Source of the DNA: Monosiga brevicollis MX1
Lineage: Eukaryota
Assembly: GCF_000002865.3 (NCBI RefSeq)
Contig: NW_001865044.1
Coordinates: forward strand, 1,211,628-1,275,627
Length of the DNA stretch: 64,000 nt
Direction: 5' to 3'
Shown: one piece after another, positions 1 through 11,750 of the stretch
Layout: every line of letters starts with the position of its first letter
Position numbering within the stretch: the first letter of the stretch is position 1
Position numbers and translations under genes: made by a program
Notes under the pieces: model-generated
Told to the model about the DNA's origin: nothing
The model's input: only the letters and a program-made list of their open reading frames with translations
Database searches by the model: none

Positions 1-1421
1 TGACGGCTTGAGACAACGTAGAGCCGGCAGCATTGCTTATGTTGCACCAATACACACCCGCATCACTGGCTGTGACATTATTCACCGTGAAGATGGCTTC
101 ACTGCCATCAACGGGGACGCCGTCAAGCTAAGGGAGGGAATAGGCATGACATAAGGAGCACGCATGACGCACGATAATGCAAGCTGCAAAACCGGGCATT
201 CCTGGCCCACGTACCGTCCAAGCATAGACAAAAGGAGCATCGCCCTCCATCACGTCGACTGCCAAGGTCAGGTTTCCACCCTCTAGCACTTGGGACTCGT
301 GCAGGCGAAGATGGGCATCGGCTGGAGCTTGAAGCAGGGAAACATGGGCGTATTTGGACTTGACGACCCCGAGAGAGTTGTTGAGCTCAGCGTGATAAAC
401 GCCGGCATCCGATGCGCGCACATTGTAGAGAATGAGATCGGTGTGCTGTGCGCCAGCCACAATCGTGTTGTCATGAAACCACTGGACAGTGGGGTATGGA
501 AGGCCATCCATCTCGACTGTGAGGATAATTGTGGCGCCAGGCACCACGCGAGTGGCATTGACTGGGTCAACAACCACCTTGGGCAAAGACAAAACGCGCA
601 CGTAGGCGATTTGGCTCTCGAGGCAGCCCAAAATGTTACAAACGCGGACGACGTAGCGCCCAGCATCCGCATCGGTGATGTCTGGTAGGTTGAGGCTGGC
701 TTCGCGTGCCTGAGGAAGTGGTTCATCGTCGCGATACCACACATATGTAGGGGCAGGATGTGCTGAGACGTTGACTGTCAAGACTGCCGTTGAGCCCGGC
801 ACCGCCTCAGTCAGACGACTAGACATTGGACAAGCACCAGATCCAGCAGCACAAGATCAAGATGAAGAAGCAGAAAGAGATGAATGACATCAGCCAAAGC
901 GATGAAGGTTATCGGAGAACTGCAATCGCGAGCGCAAGGGGCGTCGAAGCATGTGACTTACGCCGGCTGCACTACAAAGCGAGGCGTGTAGCGAACTGTG
1001 ACAAAGGCGACAGAGGAAGTCTCGTTGGTTCCATCGGTATAGCGCACGAGCACCGTGTAACTAACAGCAGCGTGCCAGGGGGCACCCAGTGATTGTAGGA
1101 CGCCCCAATGTGGGAGAGGATAAGGGGGCAAATGGGAAGGGAGGACGGGGATGAGAGATGTACGTACTTGCCAGCATCTTCGGGCTCGATCATGGAGAAA
1201 ACCAGGGTGCGACCGCTGGTGCCAGAGAGGGCACGGCCGTTCAGCTGCCAGGTAAAGCTGGTCGTCGGTTTGGCGGGTGCGGAGAGGGTAAGCACGCCCT
1301 GTTCGTATTCGGGCAGCTCAAGAGAGGTCGGGGAAATTACCAGTGCCGCTTGAGCGCCGGCGCTGGATAACAGCACCAAACAAACGGCCAAGGCCCACGG
1401 AGCAAGCCCGAAGCTGCACAT
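1..1421 (-). CDS. Secreted/surface protein with tandem immunoglobulin (I-set-like) domains; spliced; 3' end runs off the window
   Basis: ATG at 1421 gives the signal peptide MCSFGLAPWALAVCLVLLSSAGAQA. At least four ~85-aa repeats carry Ig signatures: C-strand Trp (FTWQLNG, YVWYRDD, VQWFHDN, YAWTLDG) and DAGxY Tyr-corner motifs (DAGNY after splicing, DAGRY, DAGVY, DAGVY). GT-AG introns join the ORFs 972-1766 and 128-826. Confidence 0.85.
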
Positions 1422-1598
1422 CGTGACCAGTGTCACGCAGTGTGGTTCAAGTGCAGCCGCAGCGCGATCAAGGCGACGTGCACGCGCGCTTTCAACAGCC
1501 CTTGACCGTTGTGTTTCCAAGTCCTCTAGCCAAAAATAAAAGCAAGCGTGCTTGCGTTTCTGTCGATAGACACACCGCCCCGATGTCTCGTCGCTCAA

Positions 1599-1762
<164 letters not shown>

Positions 1763-1928
1763 GCATAAAAATTCTGTAGGCTTGGTTTTTAAAATTTGGC
1801 GGAAAAGATCACGACTCGATACTGCGTCGTGATGCTGTTTAGATGGGATTGTTAGAAGTATTTTACTTTACACAAGCTTTGGATATTGGGTATTGCTTAC
1901 ATGCATGCGTGGATGCGAAAACCTGACT

Positions 1929-1929
1929 T

Positions 1930-1969
<40 letters not shown>

Positions 1970-1976
1970 TCTCTCT
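1929..1976. repeat. (CT)n microsatellite
   Basis: Directly visible. Confidence 0.95.
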
Positions 1977-2575
1977 TTTTCGCGCGCTCTGTCCGCGTGC
2001 CATTGCTGGCGGACACGAACATTCCAATCTTTCGCCTTGACTGCATAGCAAGGCTTCTTTTTTTCTTGTAAAACGATGCGCTGTGGTGGTGGGGCTGACT
2101 AGATCTTAAAGGCAACATTGCCCTCTAGCCGGACACCCCTAAAACTGGCGTGAACGAGTTGCTGGTCAGCCGCCGCCCTTTTCGGAATCAAGTGTGCACT
2201 TCCATCGCCACCTCACACCCGAAAACATCCACTCCTCTCGAAAGCTACCACCACGATTTCCGATTCACCCTCGCGTACCGTGCATTTGGCCATTCGACAT
2301 AGGCCAGACCCAAACACACAGCTCGCCCCAGCCGGCTCCCAGCAGATCGCCGTTCTTCCTTTGGCTCAAACACAGAGTCGTGCCCACGCGACGTACGGCT
2401 CATCCACCCATGTCTTTGCGGTCATGCTGACCCGCACAGTCATCGTCAGCTAGGAAACCGCACATCAAGCAGGAGCTACCCACATAGCAGCGTCGGCGGG
2501 CGTAGCCCGGCCACGCTGTCATCGCACAAGAGCCTTTCCCCGGTTGGTCCGGGCTAATTGCTGGAAGCCAACAAA

Positions 2576-4782
2576 ATGTTGGCCGCCTCGACCACAAGCA
2601 ATGATATTGCTGCCCCAGCTCTGCAGCGCAAGAAGGTGAGCACACCAGAGGGTTTGTTGACAGAGAAAGAAGGCTTGCGCACTCCATCGACAGCAGTGCA
2701 AGGCATCGGGTTGGACCGAGCTCACACACCCAACGGGTGTTTGCTACCCATGCCTGGTTGCAGAAGCTTGGAGGATTGGCGCCCCAACGGTCCTCTGAAT
2801 TGGCGCTTCTCAATTCCAAGGCCAAGGTGAGTCTGTCGCCCGCAAACAACTCGATTCGTGTCTTTGTTTGATTTCTTCCTTTTTTGCTTGAAGGGGGGGG
2901 AGCGTCCTTCCTTGCTAGCTAGGTTGTTTACATGAGCCCTCACACACACTCACTCTCATCAATCTATCTATCTATCACACTTGCCCAATGCACGTTTCCT
3001 CGACATAGGTGATTGAAGCTGCAGTTGATGAGCTCGGCAAGCGCATTTCCAAGTCAGTCACACTTTCACGCCGGAATCGCGCACAAACTGCCCACTCTCA
3101 AAATCAAATGTCATCTCAATAGGCTTAATCAGAATGTTCGACCGGGCGTTTCCGGCTTTCGTGCCGAGTTTGAGGTTAGGCTCTCCGCACTCTCATTCCC
3201 TCTCTTTGGCTGTGTCTTTGGTGAAGCGGACAGTGCACGCAAACACGCCAAGTATACACAAGGAGATCGTGCACACCTCCATCACAAGCAAAAAAAGTTG
3301 TTCACTCAGCAGTCCGCTCTCGTCACAGAAACTCGAGCAAGAAACCATGCGGCAGGCCGCGTCAGCCAAGTACAAGGCCGGATATGACAACATGGACAGC
3401 AACCGGTCTGCAAAGCGTCTATGGCGCGAAATCGATAGCTCCGTTGCGTTCTCAACACGGTGGTGTGCAACTTTGCTCATTGGATGGCCGCCTTCTTTGC
3501 GCGCGTGCAGCTACGAAGACATTCTACCGTTTGATCATAATCGCGTCAAGCTCAAGTGCAAGAATGACTACATCAATGCCTCGTACATCAAGAATCTCTT
3601 GACGGGTGCCCCTGACTTTATCGCCAGTCAGGTAAGTCATGCGCCAGGCCTATTCAAGTTTGCCTCTACAGCATGCCAAACCAGCATCCCGACACTTGAT
3701 CTTCCTACCCTCATGCACCGGCGCCTTGTGACGTTGGAACACACCATCGGCAGGGACCCACGGTGCCCACCATCCGTAGCTTCTGGGAAATGATTGCACA
3801 GTACAAACTGTCCGTCATTGTAATGGTGACCAATGTGCTTGAGGGCGATTTGGTCAAGTGTGACCCCTGTACGAGATGAGCTACCCTGAATCTGCCACAT
3901 TTCTGCTCTCCTTTGTCACATCACTGTGGGTCACTCTTGTTGCACTCTCGGACGCATAGATTGGCCCGAAATCGGACAAACCCTATCTTTTGGCAGCAAT
4001 AGCGAGTAGGCTATCACGTGCCCACGGCATTACATCCCCACCTTGGTGACCAGGTTCATTGCTCATGCCAAACTTTTTTTTTTCATCTGGATACAAACCC
4101 ACATAGGTTTGATGGCAGCCTCTCGGTTCAACAGCTTGATGCGTCCGATGGCGTGGCCTGGAGTCGCCGCACCTTTGCCCTGCACTACAACGATGAGCCA
4201 GAGCGGCGTATTACCCAATTTCATTACACGGACTGGCCTGACCAAGGCGTCCCTGCCAGCCCTCACTCCTTTGTCCAGTTTGTTCGCACCGTCATGACCT
4301 CTCAGCAACGTGCGCAAGCCTCTGTTGCCGCAGCCACGGTAAGGCCGCCCTGCGTCCAAGCTGTCAGTCGCAGAAACCTTTCTTCTTACTTTACCACTCT
4401 CCCTGGCCCAGCCACCGCTCCTGGTGCATTGTAGTGCTGGGGTCGGCCGAACCGGAACTTTCATCGGCACGTACGCCACCCTTTGCTCCCTGCACGGCAT
4501 TCGCCGCGACAAACACAGGTCAGGCAGGATCGGAATCCAAACTATCGCTTTCTTTGCTTTGTTCTTTGTTATGCGTATGCTCAGCCAAGACGGGCCTTGC
4601 CTGACCTCTATCACCCTGCAATGCGCTGACGACATGCAAAATATAGCATTATGATTCCTCTTCTAGTGCGCGAGATGCGACGCCAGCGCATCTGTATGGT
4701 TCAGAGTCTGGCACAATATGAATTTCTCTACAAGAGCATCCTCATCGCCATTGATGAGGTGAGTGTGCATCTCCACCCCGCG

Positions 4783-4813
<31 letters not shown>

Positions 4814-7800
4814 CCCCTTCCTTCCCCCCCCCCCTCCCGCTGTCGCACACACATGTCTTTGACAGCGCATTGTCCCGTCACGCTTTGGCAGTATATGCGA
4901 TCCGCCCGAGGTATGCAGAATGCCAGCTCGGCGAGCCTTTTATCGCAGCCCTCCAAGCGCTTAAAGCGCCGAGAACTCAACTCCCAGCGCGGTGGCAAGC
5001 AGAACAGATCCAACAGCACTTCACGGTCAGAGGAATACGACAATTTGGTTGCCCTGTTGACCGAGCCACCGTTGGCCCTGCCGGCAGCCCTACACGGCAT
5101 CATCAATCGAGCCGACCTTGAGGAGACAACAGCAGCCATCTTCAAACTTTATGGCTGTCAGGTCCGAGTCGCACATCTCTTGGTTGCCCCTGTCTGACTC
5201 TCATTGTTGCTCAGCAACCCCAACTTTACTTCCCCCACATCCACATTGCCCTCTTTTAAAAGCATTCGCACCATCCTGCACTGACTTTGCCTCGGCGCGA
5301 ATGTCTCGATTGCGTTTACTTCGGTTTCAGGGACTTCTTTTGCCTTTTGCTTTCAAGCTGGCCGAATTTGATGTCCACGCCTGCGACTCGGAAAACCTGC
5401 TCTTCCGGCGTAACTCTCTCGGCAGCAAGCTATTAACGGCCACACTCAAGACCTATGGCCAAGGCTATCTGCGCAAGACGCTGCAGCCTGTGATCCAAAA
5501 AATGCTGGACACGCCTGATCTTTCATATGAGATCAACCCGGCTTACGTGAGTACTCGCCCCGAGTCATCTCTATCAACCAATGTGGATCCTTGCTCTACA
5601 GGTGCCCTCACCCAGCTGCACCCGGCTCTGACTACCGAGTAGATTGCCAAGGGAGAAAACTTGGGCCAAAACCGCAGCGCCTTGAAAAAACTGAGCGAGT
5701 TTGTCTTTGACGCAATTATCGACTCGCTAGCCCGAGTCCCGGTAGCCGTCACCCTGACGTGCCATGGTATCCACCGCGCGGCCACAAAGGCCTTTCCGGA
5801 CAGTGGCAACTTGGCCGTGGGCAATTGCTTTTTTTTGCGTTTTCTTTCACCTGCGCTCGTCACACCCAAGGCCCACGGCATCATCACCGACGATCTTCCT
5901 CCCAAAGTCAGCCGAGGTCTCGTCCTCCTCTCCAAAGTTGTCCAAGCCGTGGCCTCGGGTCACTTCACGTCCTTCAAGGAAGAGTACATGACCTGCATGA
6001 CCTCCTTTGTGACGGTGGCCTCCTCTCGCGGATTTGATTTCATCAAGCGCGTCTCTGCCCCACCTCAACCGTTGGATAGCCTGACCCTATCCAAGTTTGC
6101 CATGATCGGCATCAACCTTCCCATTATGTGTGGAGCACCACGCGATCAGTCCACCCTGGGCCGCCACAACGACGCCTGCGTGGTTCCCGGACTGTTGGAC
6201 CGAGAGTTGCTCCTCATCAACAAGCTGCTGCACAAGCACCGCGATCGCTTGGTGCAGGAGCTGATGGAGGGCGGTGATGCCGACACGGCCGAGCGCTTGG
6301 TGGATGTGTTGGACAGCATTGGCCCACCCAGTGGCGTTGTCGTGCATCCGCCAGACATTTGGACGCCGCGCGTGTTCACCGGGGATCGTGGTTCGTGGAA
6401 CGATGTCGTGTTTTCGGAAGATTTTGACACCGTGCCTCAATCCGAGACGTACTTGGACACGGGAACCAAGCGTGGTGTTGTGGTGCATGCCAACTGGGCA
6501 CAGATGGACAAGGACTACCAGCCAACAGAGTACACCAGTGACTTTGTCCTGCGGGGCCCCGCATGGGCCGACCCCGACCTGCGCAAGACTTTTGCTGTCA
6601 TTCCCTTCAACTCGTACGATGCTGCCTGTGAGGTGGACCGTCGCAGCTTTGGGCCGGCCTATAAGATTGTTGAGGGCATTCCCCGCAATCCGCTGCGGCG
6701 CACGGGTATCACCGGCCGGGGCGTGCTGGGCCGCTGGGGCCCCAACCATCTCTTGGAAGCCGTCGTCACGCGCTGGCTTCGAGCGCGACCCGGTCAAGCC
6801 GGCTACAGCCCCGGCGAAGGGGGAGATGTGCAAGTGGTTCGCCAAAACAACATGCCAGTCCTCCAAGTGCTGGTTCTGCGCGGCAAGGATGGCAAGACAA
6901 AACTTCCCACTTGCCTGCGCCATCCTCTGGACGCGCTTGTGCCGTTGGTTGAGGACTTTTTGGGCGTACAGCAACCTCATGTGCGCTGGGTCAGCGAGCC
7001 GGCCGAGGCCTTGAGCCTCGACGAGGCCTTTCAACACGTTGTCGTCCTGAGCAAGCGCTGCATCGAGGACGAACGCAACACAGACAATGCCTGGATTGAG
7101 ATGACCTCGCTTGGTCTGCATTGTGATGGGGATGACCTGCCGTCCCAGAGCCAAAACACCCCTCAGGGCAAGCTGGAATGGGTCTCGCTCACGTCCGAAC
7201 TCGAGATGGACCCCCGCATTATTGAGCTGCTGCGCATTGTGGCCACCATGCGCGGCGCCTACTTTCATGACCACATCCCGCGTCTAGTGCACAGCATCAT
7301 GCAGCTGGTCGAACGGCGCGGCTTGATGTACGAGGGCATCTACCGCGTCAGTGGATCCCTGCCTCGTGTGGACAAGCTCAAGGCAGCAGCTCTTATGCAG
7401 GGACCCCATGTTTTGGAAGATGCCGAGATTCCCGAGCTGACTTCACTCCTCAAACTGGTGCTGAAGAGCATGAATCCACCGCTGCTAACATTTGCGGCTC
7501 ATGCCGCCTTTTGTCGTGCGATTCGCTTACCTGAAGGGGAAACCCGCAATGAAGCGCTATCCGCTGCGCTGCGTGTGCTGCCCACCAAGAATTACCGCTT
7601 GCTCGACTCTCTGATGCGTCATTTACGCCGCGTGGTAGCCGAGTGCAGCAGCAACCGCATGAATCAGGAGAATATTGCGTTGGTATTTGGACCCACCATT
7701 GCGCGCTCCCCGCGCGGCCTACAGGGTGATCTCCAAGACAATGGTGCGCACATCCTGATAGCCAAGGCGCTGGTGCAGCTTCCGGCCGCCGTCTGGAGTG

Positions 7801-10049
7801 CCAACACCAACGTCAAGCGCGATTCTGTGCGCCCAGCCAAGCGAGCCGGTGAGGTGCGCCAGTTTCAGGAAGCTGCCCGCCCCACCTCCTCACTCATGCA
7901 CATGGAGCAGGCAGAAACGCCTTCCATCAGCGCAACCGGGCTGGCCAATTCGATTCGCCGTAGCCGACGCAAACAAAACCGTAGCTCCATTGCTTCCATC
8001 GTGCGTGGCAAAAAGGGCTCTTTAGAGGCCATTGCACCTGCGGGCGTGCATCTGCCAACCGGCCTCATGGCTCGCATGAATGGTGGTCAATCACCATGCC
8101 ACAACACGGCCAGACGCAGCGTTGTTCTACAGGACTTACAGAATATGGACGCAGAAACCGACGCTGACGGATTAGAAGACCCATACGCCAATCTAAACGA
8201 CAGCGAGGATGAGGGCGACTACGCAGCAACAGAGGATGAGGCTGGCGTTGAAGGCATGGGCGCGTATGATTCCGAGGTGGGATCTGAGGACGACGATGAA
8301 GATGACGATGAGTTGGTAGCTGCGGCCAGTGGGCGTTTTGCAAACCTGCGACATTCAATTCGCCTTTCGCCCCACGCGGCCCCGGTGCTGACACTGGATG
8401 ACACGGAAGAAATGCTTCAAAGTGGGCCCGAGCTGCTGGATCAACCCTGGTACCGACCTGCCGTGACCCGCGACGACATGGTTGGGCTGAAAACGTTAAC
8501 GCCTGGCAGCTTTATCGTGTACCCTTCCAAAACAGATCCTGGAAACTTTTGTCTCAGTGCGTGGACGGGAGAACAGGTCTGGACTGGCCTGATCGTGGTC
8601 GGTGAGGACGGCGAATGCAGTCTAGAGAATACCGACGACGCCTTTGATGATGTCGTGGATCTCGTGGAGCACTACTCGGAGGACCCAACGCCATCAGGCC
8701 TATGCTTGCTGCTGCCAGCGGCAGAACCCGTCAGCCCCAAACCAGCCAGCTTGGCTAATCCCGACCCGCCATCTCTGGAGCAGTCGCGATCAGGCTCGCG
8801 CTCCGAACTTTTGCGTTCACCCTCGGTGGTTCGGCGCCGTGGTGGATCGGCGCGACGAACGCGCCCACAAACTTTTGTGGGCACCAACGAGGACGAAGAC
8901 CTGCTATCACGAGGCATCTCAGCCGAGTCACTCGGGGCAAGTGTTGAGAGCGCTGATCCCTACATCGAAATCCTACCCCGCTCAAAGCAGCGCCAGACCG
9001 AGCAGCAGGAGGGTAAGTTGAGCAATGACTCTACTCACCGGCCGCCGATCGCACCCAAGCCCAAGGCAAAAACTAGCCCCAAGCCGCTCCCCCGGACGCT
9101 GACACCCCCGTCTCTGGAATCAAACCCACAACCTCAAGCGCCGGAAGAGGCAAACGAGGCTCAGAACGAGACTCAGAACGAGTTTGACAAAAAGGCCAAC
9201 TACTACAAAGATGAGTTCTTTGGGCAGATTCTCAGCGAGAGCGAGGATGCGGCCACAAACGAGGGAACCGAGCAAGGCGAGGCCGAATTTGAGATTGGCT
9301 ACGATGAATATGGAGGGTTTTACGATGAATATGGTGAGATTGGGAGTGAATTTGACTACAGCTATGGAAAGAAAGCAAAGTGAAACTACAACGGCTTCCG
9401 GCGCTAACTTTCTTTCCACTGTGCACGTATAGGCGGCTACTATGATGCTGAAGGCGGCTACACCGACGTGGCGGGCACGTATTACGAGCCGGGGACCTGG
9501 ATTCATGAGGATGCGGCTGCAGAATACGACTGTCAGATGGAGGGCGCCGTCATGCTTGTCGGCGGTGGCCGTACGTTGACCTCAAGTGCCTACCTCAATG
9601 GATGCAGCGTTCAAGATTGGCCAATGTGAACTCACTGCTCAACTGTTCTGTATTTGTGTCTCACTTGCAAAACACAGAAAAGCGTCGGAAGAAAGCGCGG
9701 CGCGAAGAAAAGTGGCTCTACCTGACGTCAACAGTCCTATCGGTGCGAGGCGCGCCAGCAAAACTTTGCAATCTGAGAATGACACGCTCATCTCACACTC
9801 ACGCCACTGGCCATCTTCCCGCTCCGTTGCATTTGCTGGCAGGTTTACGAGATGGATGACGAAGCCATGGTAAACCCGTTGTCAACGCTCGACATCCGGC
9901 CAAGCACAGAGTTTACTTTCCTGACCCCCGGCATTACAGCATGCACGCATAATCTGGTGGTGCACTTTGAGGTGCCGGACAGCACTGAGTTTGCACAATG
10001 GAAAGATGCCCTCATCAGTGTGCGCAAGGCTGCCACCAGCAGTGCATGA
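2576..10049 (+). CDS. Multidomain signalling protein: classical protein tyrosine phosphatase - RasGAP (NF1-like) - NUDT9-like Nudix - RhoGAP - SH2 - Tyr-rich repeat - PH; multi-exon, start uncertain
   Basis: PTP: NRYEDILPFDHNRVKL, YINAS, DWPDQGVP (4231), HCSAGVGRTG (4427), MVQSLAQYEFLY. RasGAP: LFRRNSLGSK, FFLRFLSPALVTP, LSKVVQAVA. NUDT9-like: PRNPLRRTGITGRGVLGRWGPNH, RNTDNAWIE. RhoGAP: EGIYRVSGS, NRMNQENIALVFGPTI. SH2: QPWY...GSFIVYPS...DLVEHY. PH: KWLYLT...QWKDAL. Phase-compatible GT-AG introns link the PTP through to the large exon 5643-9333 and on to the PH exons. Confidence 0.85.
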
Positions 10050-10274
10050 GTGCGTTTGCGTCGCTATGCTTGCCCTGTGGATAAGCAGGCACAATCAGGA
10101 GAGTAGCAGTCATGACGACCGGCAGCTTTGTAACTTGCTTTATTTGTGTCTGTTTCAATCTCTTCTGGCAGCTGCATTGACAGTTTGTTGTCTCTTGTTG
10201 GGAGAGTGTGGTTTGTTTTGCCGCTTGACACGGATGATCGTGCCGTGCACGAATTTGTTCTGTCAACACCAATT

Positions 10275-11096
10275 TTATATCATTGCTGGAATTACCTGTG
10301 ATTGGCGTTCACGTGCAACATGCAAGGGAAAAGCCAAAGACGTTGATGGCCAGAGGCACTGTCTTGACTCTTTGGGCTCTTGGTTCACACGGTTCGTGAC
10401 GTGGTTTGCCCAGGCTTCGTCCGCCAGGTCCGGGTCGCGGACGAGCGACCTGAGGCTCTGGTCGACTGCGTCGTTCGGGTGGGCGCCCGCGCCGGCGTTC
10501 AGCTGTCCTCGACGGCTCTGCTTGCGTGCGACTGCCTTGCGCATGGCGTCCACGACCCGACCTAGTTGCCCCGTCACAAGCCAACGGAGACGATCGTGAA
10601 ACATATTGCGCAGGTCAATCGTAGACAGTGCGGTCGAGGGAGCAGCCAACAACATGCTAGGCAAGGCCAAAATCAAAGCCCAGCACATCTCTCGCTCTTC
10701 AGCGGTATAGTCCGAGTGGACGGCAGACCAATACAGCTGGCTCAGGGTGGCAGCCATCAGCTTGGTCTCGGTGGCGTTGGATGGGTAGCGGCTGCGCTGC
10801 ATCAGTGGATGCCGGGCGAGCTTGAGCAGCTCACAGACACTGACGCGAGACCCTACACACTGTTGGGGCCAAGCGCCACGCATAATCTCAAGCAGGTCGT
10901 GTCCAGCCGCATGAAACAACGCCTCGGTCGCTCGCTTCAGATTGGCACCACATCGGGAGCGGTGTTGACTGATACCAGCAGCTTCAAAGAAGAGGTGACA
11001 CTTGTTGCACTGGGCGACCAATTTGGCCTCCATCACCTGCTGGTCCTTGCGCAGAAGATAATATTCAGAGGTCGGTGGTGGCCAATAAAAAGGCAA
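10275..11096 (-). mobile_element. Probable truncated non-LTR retrotransposon ORF fragment (CRE/RLE-type N-terminal region), no RT domain visible
   Basis: Intronless 273-aa ORF in an otherwise intron-rich genome. Has a C-x2-C-x12-H-x3-C finger (CNKCHLFFEAAGISQHRSRC) and a segment WALILALPSMLL...RLRWLVTGQL resembling the region just upstream of RT in CRE-like elements. The ORF degenerates before any RT motif. Confidence 0.55.
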
Positions 11097-11750
11097 TTTT
11101 GGGGTATTTTAGACAATTTTTTTTTTTTTTTTTTTTTTTGCAGTTCAACTTGCAAGAAAAATTCTTGACCTCAGCTTCCGCAAGACATTGGAATCAGACT
11201 CTGGCGCTTCGGGTACTTTCTAATACTGTGATGACCCAGATGCTTAAGGCTTTGCCCTGGAAGTCGCTACACAGGCACGGCTACCCAATAGAAGTCATCA
11301 TTATCTGACAAGGCGCGCCGATGCGACCCAGATTTTTTACGCATACGTGGTGGGAACATACGCGCTTGATGAAGAAATCGGCTTTCTAAAATGAGTCAGC
11401 ACGATGTGTGTCCCGGTGTGTCCCGTCCAAACCTTAGCAACACAGGCTGGTGTTTAAAAGACGCATCCAAGTTTCTCACGTCTTGCCTGCCCCCATTCAC
11501 TTCAGGCGTAAAAAGCAAAGTTCGATTGAACAAGGAGGTTGCGACCAACAAGGCAAGAACGAATGCCACGGCTACAAAACAGGCTTTTCTGAGGACACGC
11601 TAGAGCAGTTACACTTCACAAGCGATCTGCTGTCTATCGGAATCGCTATGCACTGGTGCTAGCTGTAAGATACAAGATAAAGGTAACTCAAAAACCGCTC
11701 TGATCACCCCTCACACTAGAGCAAAGGAACGACAACTGGCGACGCAAGAC

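Noticed and set aside
6087..7274. 395-aa antisense ORF (and similar long shadow ORFs such as 13131-14027, 61228-62004)
   Set aside because: Opposite strand of well-supported GC-rich coding exons; no recognisable motifs
11117..11139. Poly-T run as the poly-A tail of the retroelement fragment
   Set aside because: On the element's strand it lies 5' of the ORF, not 3', and similar A/T runs are common in introns throughout the window
11140..11700. Possible gene or further transposon sequence between the retro fragment and MadBub
   Set aside because: Only short ORFs without motifs; no terminal repeats or target-site duplication could be identified by eye
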